Of a stretch of DNA of 64,000 nt, positions 57,717 to 64,000 are shown in pieces. Origin of the DNA: Amoebophrya sp. A120 (lineage: Eukaryota; Protista; Dinoflagellata); NCBI GenBank assembly GCA_905178155.1, contig CAJINV010000005.1:2296054-2360053 (forward strand), given 5' to 3'. The notes under the pieces are model-generated. The model saw nothing but the letters and a program-made list of their open reading frames with translations, did not search any database and was not told the DNA's origin. Numbering within the stretch: the first letter of the stretch is position 1; every line of letters starts with the position of its first letter. The translations under genes and the position numbers were made by a program.

Positions 57717-60700
57717 TTGGTCGATTCATGTGCAAACAAGTATTTATCTAGACACAAGTCGGATTTTATTGACATCTCGAGCAACGTCTGTCGCATCAAC
57801 GGCACGGCCGGGGCTCGTGATGGTTTTGTCGGAAAACTGAAGGAAAACGCTTTAGGTTTACCCTACGGCGTCTACTTTAAGCATCTTCCTAGAGATATTG
57901 ATCGTATTCTTCCGTGGCTCGGTGAGGACAATCTCAGTGATCGCGGGTGGGATCTGAACTACAACAGCTCTGGCGGTTCTCTCGTCAACAGGGAATCCGG
58001 TCAGATGCTACCAATCAAGAACCACGAGAGGTTGACCCTCCCAGTCCTTGGGTGTGATCTTTTCGTGGTGGGCCTACGGGGTCAGGCGACTAGAGACACC
58101 ACGGAAGACATTGCATGCATTACAATAGAGGAAAGTATTGCTAGTTGTCATCTTACGCGTCTAGAACAACATAGAAGATTCGGACACTTTCATGTAGATG
58201 GTCTTGATGTCCAGTGTCCTGAATGCGACAAAGCGAAAGGCGCAAGAAGCTCTCACGCCAAGGAGCGAGACACTAGTAATTACAAGCCTCAGCCATTGAA
58301 ACTACTTGCGATGGATTTCGCGGTAGGTATTAAACCTGTATCGATTCGGTCACGCACCTGCGTGCTTGTGGTCATCTGTGAAGCCATCAAGAAGTGTTTC
58401 TGTGTCCCTCTTAAGCTGAAAAGTGACTGCGTTGAGGTTTTGGAAGAATTGATCAAAGGCATTCGCCAGAACTACGCTTTGACCCTCGAGGACAAGGTGG
58501 TATGGTTCGTCCGTAGGGACAGTGAGCCAGTTCTGGGCAGTGACTCCATGACCAAGGTCATGCAATCGCTGCGGGTCGGTGATGCTCCTGCGGTTCCCTA
58601 CAACCCAGAGCAGAACGGAACCTGCGAGCGCTTTATGCGGACCATATTCGGCGCTGTGCGTGCGATGTTGGTGAACGTGGACAAGCGTCTGTGGTGCTAC
58701 TCGGTCGAGTACGCTGCAGCATGCTGGGACCGCCTTCCGCATAAGTATAGCAAAATGCCTGAGTACGACGGGAAGACTCCTGCAGAGATTCTAGATGAGA
58801 GAACTGGAAGAAACAGCTCAAAAGTTGGCACAAGGATGCTAAGGCGTTTTGGTTGTCTCGTTTATTTTCGTGAACAAGTCAAGAAAGGCGAAGTTCATGA
58901 AGCTCCTGAGGGGGGAGTAAATGTGGTAGCTCCAAAGCTGTCCGCGCCATTTCGTCGTGGTGTATTTCTCGGCCTTTGTCCAAAGTCTTCGGGCTGGCGG
59001 GTTGGGACGTATGTCACGGATGGCCGGGCCGCCGCGGGACATCGATGGATGGAGTATTCTACCATCGACGTCAAGTTCCGTGAGGAGTACCTCGTGAAGA
59101 ATATTGAAGACCTAGTTCCTAACTCGAAAGGTATTTATGTCGAGTGTGACGCAATCGAGGCCCTACCTAGTGGAGCGCCGTGTGCGCCATCTCTCCCGTG
59201 TGTCGGTCTGATAAAAAGGGCTGAGCACCGGCTGGGGGTGGATGTCTCGGAGCACACTGGTAGGCAGCCTGACGGTCCAGAAGAGACGTTGGTGGTTAAA
59301 AGTCTGGATAGGGAAGATGATCCGGGCCAGATACATCCCGAGCCTGAAGGTGTTAAACCTGAGGAGGGGAATCTGGACGATCACCCCACTCACAGCAGCT
59401 TATCTAGTCCAAGAAAGGCGAGCCCGTCTCCGGCAAGGATTGTGGCTGGCAACCGCAACTCCAAGCCGCGAGGTCGTGGTCGTCCCAAAGGGAGAAAGGA
59501 CAAGAAAAAGCGCGCGAGACGTGCTAAGAAAGAGCTCGCAGAATTGAGAAAAGACGCGAGTGCGTTTGCCGCAGCAATAGCCGCACAGGATGATCGAGAG
59601 GAAGGTGAGGAATTCCTTGACGTCCAGTGTTATTTGACTACATCGGCCAAGTTGGATCCTGCTCGTTGCAAAGACTCAGTCGAATGGAACGCAGCAACCA
59701 ACAAGGAAGATTGTAGACTTGAAGCCTATAAAGTGTGGGAGCCAGCTACTGACGAGGAGCTAGCGACCGCAAAACAGGTTTTGCCTATTGCTATCCTTCT
59801 TACCGAGAAGCGTGACGGTACGAAGAAAGCGCGGGCAGTAGTTCTCGGTAATCTAGATCGTTCGGGCGAGCTGGACACTTTCGCTCCTGTTGTGTCCCAT
59901 GCCGCTAACAGGTTACTTCTAGCCGCTGCAGCCGCAGACGGTGATGATGTGATCCCGTTCGACCTTGATAGTGCGTTTCTCAATGCCTTACTTGATCGCG
60001 ACGTCTTCTGCCGCTTGCCACCCATCTGGGCGAAGAAGCACGGCGCGGAGATCGTCAAGCTCAAGAAAGCGCTTTACGGCTTGAAAGACGCCCCCAGGCT
60101 CTGGTATAAGAAGTATGAGGAAGTACTGACCAAGCTAGGTTGGGAACCCTGTCCCTCTGCGCCAGGTCTGTGGAAGAAGCCGGGCTTGGAATTCCCTGGG
60201 AAGTTTCTGAAGTTGGCAGTGTATGTCGACGATAATCTTATCACAGGTCCTCCGACTGGGTCCGAGTTGGCTGGAGAACTTGCGGAGATCTTGCACCACG
60301 TCAAGGGGCGCATGATCGACGTCGAGCTTGTTCCGGAGTTTAACTCTGTGTCCAAGAAGTTCGACTTCCTAGGGTCAGTAGTGTACTACAACTGGAATCT
60401 ACGAACCGTTAGGATCGTGATGTCAGAGTACATATCCAAGATTTGTAAGAAATTCCACGTCTCAGAAGCGGGCAAGCCGGTCCACTCGCCAAACTTCGAT
60501 GAGTCTGAACTCGCTAAAGAAGTTGAAGGAGCTAAAGTTATTGAAGGTTTTCCCCTTCGAGAGGTCGTTGGCTCTCTGCAGTGGGCTGCAACCACCTGCA
60601 GGGTAGACATTGTTGTCCCGGTTGCCACTGTCGCCAGATATGTGGGCAAGCCGGCGACTCGGCCTGTCGTAAACGCCTGTAAGAAGATTCTGAAGTATCT

Positions 60701-61412
60701 ACTGACAACGAAGGAGCAGGGTCTGTCGTATAGTCCGGAGATTGAGGAAGAATTCAACAGAATCTACAGCAAGCTACTGCCCGAAGGGAGAGACTTGCCT
60801 GATGTGAGTCTGTTTTCGGATGCTAGTTTTGCGAACTGTTGCAAGACCATGCGAAGCACTAGTGGTAGCATTATGTACTTCCGCGGTTTCCCGATCTGTT
60901 GGCGTAGCAACCGGCAGACCGTGAGGGCGTACTCCACGGCGGAGGCGGAGTATATAGCTGCTTCCGACACTATTGTGCTGAGCGAGCAGAATGACTTTAC
61001 AGAGTTCTTCAAACCTCTACCCACTGTCATGGTGGAGAAGCAGAATGGCTTATCTCCCTCCCTGGATGATGCCATATTGTGGATCGACAACCAGTCCGCG
61101 ATAACTACAGCTAAGAGCACAGACAACAAACCGAAATCGAGGCACTACGCACTGCGATATCTCCGCGTGAGAGACGCAGCGAGCCAGATCATGTTCTGCC
61201 CGACCTACCTAATGAAGGCAGACGGTCTCACGAAGCTCGAGTGTAGTGTGCCGCAGAGACGCTTACTCTTGCACCATATTGATAACCCCGACCCTAAGTC
61301 TTTTATTTGTGACTCCTCTGACGATGAGGATGATTTAGACACGTTTATAGAGGGGAATCACAAGGGCAAGGCTAAAGTAGGCTATACTTATTCGATTTAT
61401 TTTGGTTTCTAG
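57717..61412 (+). CDS. pol: Copia pol (protease-integrase-RT-RNase H)
   Basis: LVDSCA, HRRFGH..CPEC, MDFA..RRDSE..NGTCERF, LYGLKDAPRLWY, YVDDNL, FSDASFA..STAEAEY..IDNQSA..ADGLTK. Confidence 0.95.
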   Translation: MVDSCANKYLSRHKSDFIDISSNVCRINGTAGARDGFVGKLKENALGLPYGVYFKHLPRDIDRILPWLGEDNLSDRGWDLNYNSSGGSLVNRESGQMLPIKNHERLTLPVLGCDLFVVGLRGQATRDTTEDIACITIEESIASCHLTRLEQHRRFGHFHVDGLDVQCPECDKAKGARSSHAKERDTSNYKPQPLKLLAMDFAVGIKPVSIRSRTCVLVVICEAIKKCFCVPLKLKSDCVEVLEELIKGIRQNYALTLEDKVVWFVRRDSEPVLGSDSMTKVMQSLRVGDAPAVPYNPEQNGTCERFMRTIFGAVRAMLVNVDKRLWCYSVEYAAACWDRLPHKYSKMPEYDGKTPAEILDERTGRNSSKVGTRMLRRFGCLVYFREQVKKGEVHEAPEGGVNVVAPKLSAPFRRGVFLGLCPKSSGWRVGTYVTDGRAAAGHRWMEYSTIDVKFREEYLVKNIEDLVPNSKGIYVECDAIEALPSGAPCAPSLPCVGLIKRAEHRLGVDVSEHTGRQPDGPEETLVVKSLDREDDPGQIHPEPEGVKPEEGNLDDHPTHSSLSSPRKASPSPARIVAGNRNSKPRGRGRPKGRKDKKKRARRAKKELAELRKDASAFAAAIAAQDDREEGEEFLDVQCYLTTSAKLDPARCKDSVEWNAATNKEDCRLEAYKVWEPATDEELATAKQVLPIAILLTEKRDGTKKARAVVLGNLDRSGELDTFAPVVSHAANRLLLAAAAADGDDVIPFDLDSAFLNALLDRDVFCRLPPIWAKKHGAEIVKLKKALYGLKDAPRLWYKKYEEVLTKLGWEPCPSAPGLWKKPGLEFPGKFLKLAVYVDDNLITGPPTGSELAGELAEILHHVKGRMIDVELVPEFNSVSKKFDFLGSVVYYNWNLRTVRIVMSEYISKICKKFHVSEAGKPVHSPNFDESELAKEVEGAKVIEGFPLREVVGSLQWAATTCRVDIVVPVATVARYVGKPATRPVVNACKKILKYLLTTKEQGLSYSPEIEEEFNRIYSKLLPEGRDLPDVSLFSDASFANCCKTMRSTSGSIMYFRGFPICWRSNRQTVRAYSTAEAEYIAASDTIVLSEQNDFTEFFKPLPTVMVEKQNGLSPSLDDAILWIDNQSAITTAKSTDNKPKSRHYALRYLRVRDAASQIMFCPTYLMKADGLTKLECSVPQRRLLLHHIDNPDPKSFICDSSDDEDDLDTFIEGNHKGKAKVGYTYSIYFGF

Positions 61413-62539
61413 AGGGGATAGCTAGTTCACCACAGCGCGCTCAGGAGGGGAGTGTGGTAGGACGCTATCCAGATTAGCACCACCGCCGCAGCGATTGAGG
61501 AGGGGTGTTGGTCATGGAAATCGATCCCGCACACACGTAACACGATCGCCCCAAATGAAGCCTGTTCCATGATGAAAATGACTGAAGGTTCTGACTCAAA
61601 TCGACCCCGTGACATGCTGATGAAATAGCTAACTACGAAGCGGATCTAGACTCTGGAATGTGTTGACATCTGGTGAGAATGATGCGAGAATCTTGATGAA
61701 CCTGATTGAACCAAACCTACAGGATGTAACGCAGCAAGAGACTTGCGTCACTTGCTTGCTTACTTGCAATTGAGAGAACTCACTGAAAAGCTGTTGAAAA
61801 CGAGCTCAGTGGAGCAAGCGTGTGTAAGTGTGTGCGAGTGTTCTCAAGTCCACTAACATCAACAGAAATGATACACAAGAAGTAATTCCTTTGGGATTTA
61901 TGTACACCACAAAAATTTGAAAATTTAATGGCATCAAGATCACCAGATGAGACAAGAGGACACTGCTTTGCGGTAAACAAAAAGGTGGCAAGCGAGAGCA
62001 GGAGGCCCTTCATTTTACAGCTCAAGAAAAGTTTTCCTGTTCTCGGTGCTCTTGGCCTTTTCTCATGTTTTCTCTCGGGTGTTGTGTGCAGCTTCTTGAC
62101 GGGTCTACCAACCAAGGATACAACGCAGGTAGATGGATAATTAAGTGGGGCTTTGTGGATGATCCTTTCACCGCCGGGTGCGGGACAGCTACGTGGTCGC
62201 GCAAGATCTGGCTTGGATTTCGTGCGCGGAACAAGTGAATATGCTGGATCAGTGTTTGTATTTGAATTTGTTTCAGAGTATGACTACAAAGCGGACAACC
62301 GCGCAAAAATTCTCAACGAACAAGTTGGCGGCCAGATCTTTCTATTAATCGACATGATCAGCTCTGCTTATCTGCAGGCACTATCGGTGGACGAAACACT
62401 CTTCGATCTTCGGGAGTGGTCCAGGAAAAGCGAATTGTTAGAGTTGTGCCGATGCAAAGTACGAAGCACTTTTTACTCTGGTTGCTTGTATGAAATGAAA
62501 ACAAAAGAAAATTAGTACTAGATCATACCGACGAAGACG

Positions 62540-64000
62540 ATGTCCGCAACTCCTGTGTCGTCCCCAGGCTACGCCGACGAGATCCTGGCCCAGGAGCCCT
62601 CGTTTTTCTCGAAGTTTTGCCTCGACGGGCTGCTGGCCCTCGCGGATTGTGTCGTGTTGCTCGGGCTGCTGGCGTATCAACTGTAAAAATGTCTGGGTCT
62701 GGAAGATTCAGACACTTGTCATGCACGTTTTGCATGGGGATGGGCCCTGATGTCTGTGATGCATGCCCTAGCATCACAGATTTTTTGAGAGCTTCTTGAT
62801 GCCTATTTCGCATGACAAATGCCCTCTCCGCGTAGCAAGAATTACACTGCCTTTGGTACTCATGCAATACAGATTTTTTTGGAATCCAAATGCAGCATCA
62901 CAAGTTGAATTCTTCCAGACCCAGACATTTTTACATTTGATATGGCGCTGATCTCCCAGCTCCGCCGCACCAAGTCGTTGCTGGGACTGTCTCTGCAGAC
63001 GATCGTGGCGCTGACGGTCACTATCAACTGCAAAGCTGTCTGGCTCTGGAAGGATGCGAGCTTGTGATGCGTGTTGCGGATCATACAAAAATCTGTGTTG
63101 CGTGACTTGCAAAAGGTGTCCATTTCTGGCCATGCTGAGAGGGCATTTCTCATGCAGTATAGGCATCACCTTCTCCTTCACCAAGGGGCTGCAGAACCTG
63201 TTATGCTAGGCCCTACATTCCAGACTTGGTGGAACTTGGAGAAACTGCATGACAAATCTCGGAAGACTTACCGTTTGTAGCTTTTATAAAGAAATGGGAC
63301 GCCCTGCCCTTAGCCTTCCAACATGACAAATCGAAATCTCGGAATCTTCCAGACCCAGATTTATTTGCACTCGATAGTCACGCGGGTGCTGCATTTTGCC
63401 TCCTGTGTTCTCGGTTTCCACTTTGACGCCACCCGGTTTTTGCTGCTGGACTTGGCGTATGAACTGCAAAAGTATCGTACTAGTATAAATTGCAATACAA
63501 ATTTCCTCAGCATGAGAAATAAAACTTGTCATGCGGATCCACCTTAACAATAGAATTTGTAATGCATAAACGCGATTAGTACGAGTACGATGCTTTTGCA
63601 CAGGATATGGCGATCGTGGTGGCCCTGGTATTTGTCTGCCTCCAGGTGTTCGAGTTTTTCCCGACCTACCAGGGACTATCAAATGTAAAAATGTCTGGGT
63701 CTGGAAGGTTGGAACTTGTCATGCTGAATCTGAATCATGCAAGAAATCTGTGTTGCGTGATTACCAACAGCCGTCGTTTTTTACCAAGTTGAGAGGCAAT
63801 TTCTCATGCAGGATCGGCATGCTAGAGATCTCACAGAGTTTGTCATGCTAGGCGCTGCATTCCAGTCCTCATGAGTCATAGAAAACCTGCATGACAAACC
63901 TGGTAACCTTCCAGACCCAGACATTTTTACATTTGATAGGGACTCGCGGTGGACAAATTCGGCCGGTTTTTGCACCCCAACGACCATGCGCAGTGTGCCT
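62540..64000 (+). CDS. ER lumen protein-retaining receptor (ERD2/KDEL receptor)-like, 3'-incomplete, 4 introner introns
   Basis: Reconstructed LADCVVLLGLLALISQLRRTKSLLGLSLQTIVALTVTRVLH...FFPTYQGLAVDKFG matches the ERD2-family pattern KS..GLS..T.....R.L / TY....D.F. Confidence 0.75.
62675..62942. mobile_element. Introner, family 1
   Basis: Direct repeat TGGCG; removal gives GLLALISQ. Confidence 0.93.
63022..63376. mobile_element. Introner, family 1 (longer variant)
   Basis: Direct repeat GTCAC; removal gives LTVTRVLH. Confidence 0.9.
63458..63607. mobile_element. Introner, family 4
   Basis: Direct repeat TGGCG; homologous to 42122-42274; removal gives LDLAIVVA. Confidence 0.93.
63677..63938. 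mobile_element. Introner, family 1
   Basis: Direct repeat GGGAC; removal gives TYQGLAVDKF. Confidence 0.93.

Larger units (their letters stand above)
55995..61858 (+). mobile_element. Full-length young Ty1/copia LTR retrotransposon
   Basis: 353-bp LTRs (55995-56347, 61506-61858) with TG...CA ends and only three substitutions seen by eye; 5-bp TSD TCAAC; PPT GAGGAGGGG before the 3' LTR. Confidence 0.97.

Overview
Eukaryotic genomic DNA with every recognisable host gene on the + strand. That layout and the abundant non-canonical TIR introns point to an Amoebophrya-like syndinean dinoflagellate (inference). Host genes, left to right: exostosin/GT47 glycosyltransferase, RPL12, a TSP1-repeat membrane protein, a RINGv protein, an Aa_trans transporter, a DNAJC25-like protein, an MKKS/BBS6-like chaperonin, RNA polymerase III subunit RPC2, ARP2, hypothetical proteins and an ERD2-like receptor running off the right end. 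Mobile DNA: (i) a divergent copia-like polyprotein at the left end, with a 621-bp TIR element inserted just after its RT catalytic motif; (ii) a young full-length copia element (55995-61858) with possible recoding; (iii) 21 introner elements (TAT...ATA ends, 5-bp direct repeats, several families, both orientations) whose precise removal rebuilds RPC2, ARP2, ERD2 and a cryptic gene; (iv) a stack of four unrelated insertions at one ~50-bp target with 16-50-bp duplications, including a 1.2-kb palindrome, a telomere-like/poly(A)-tailed unit and a unit with a second copy at 53.5 kb. Six candidate C/D-box snoRNAs sit in introns of the TSP1 gene. All gene models and coordinates were read by eye; no database searches were run.
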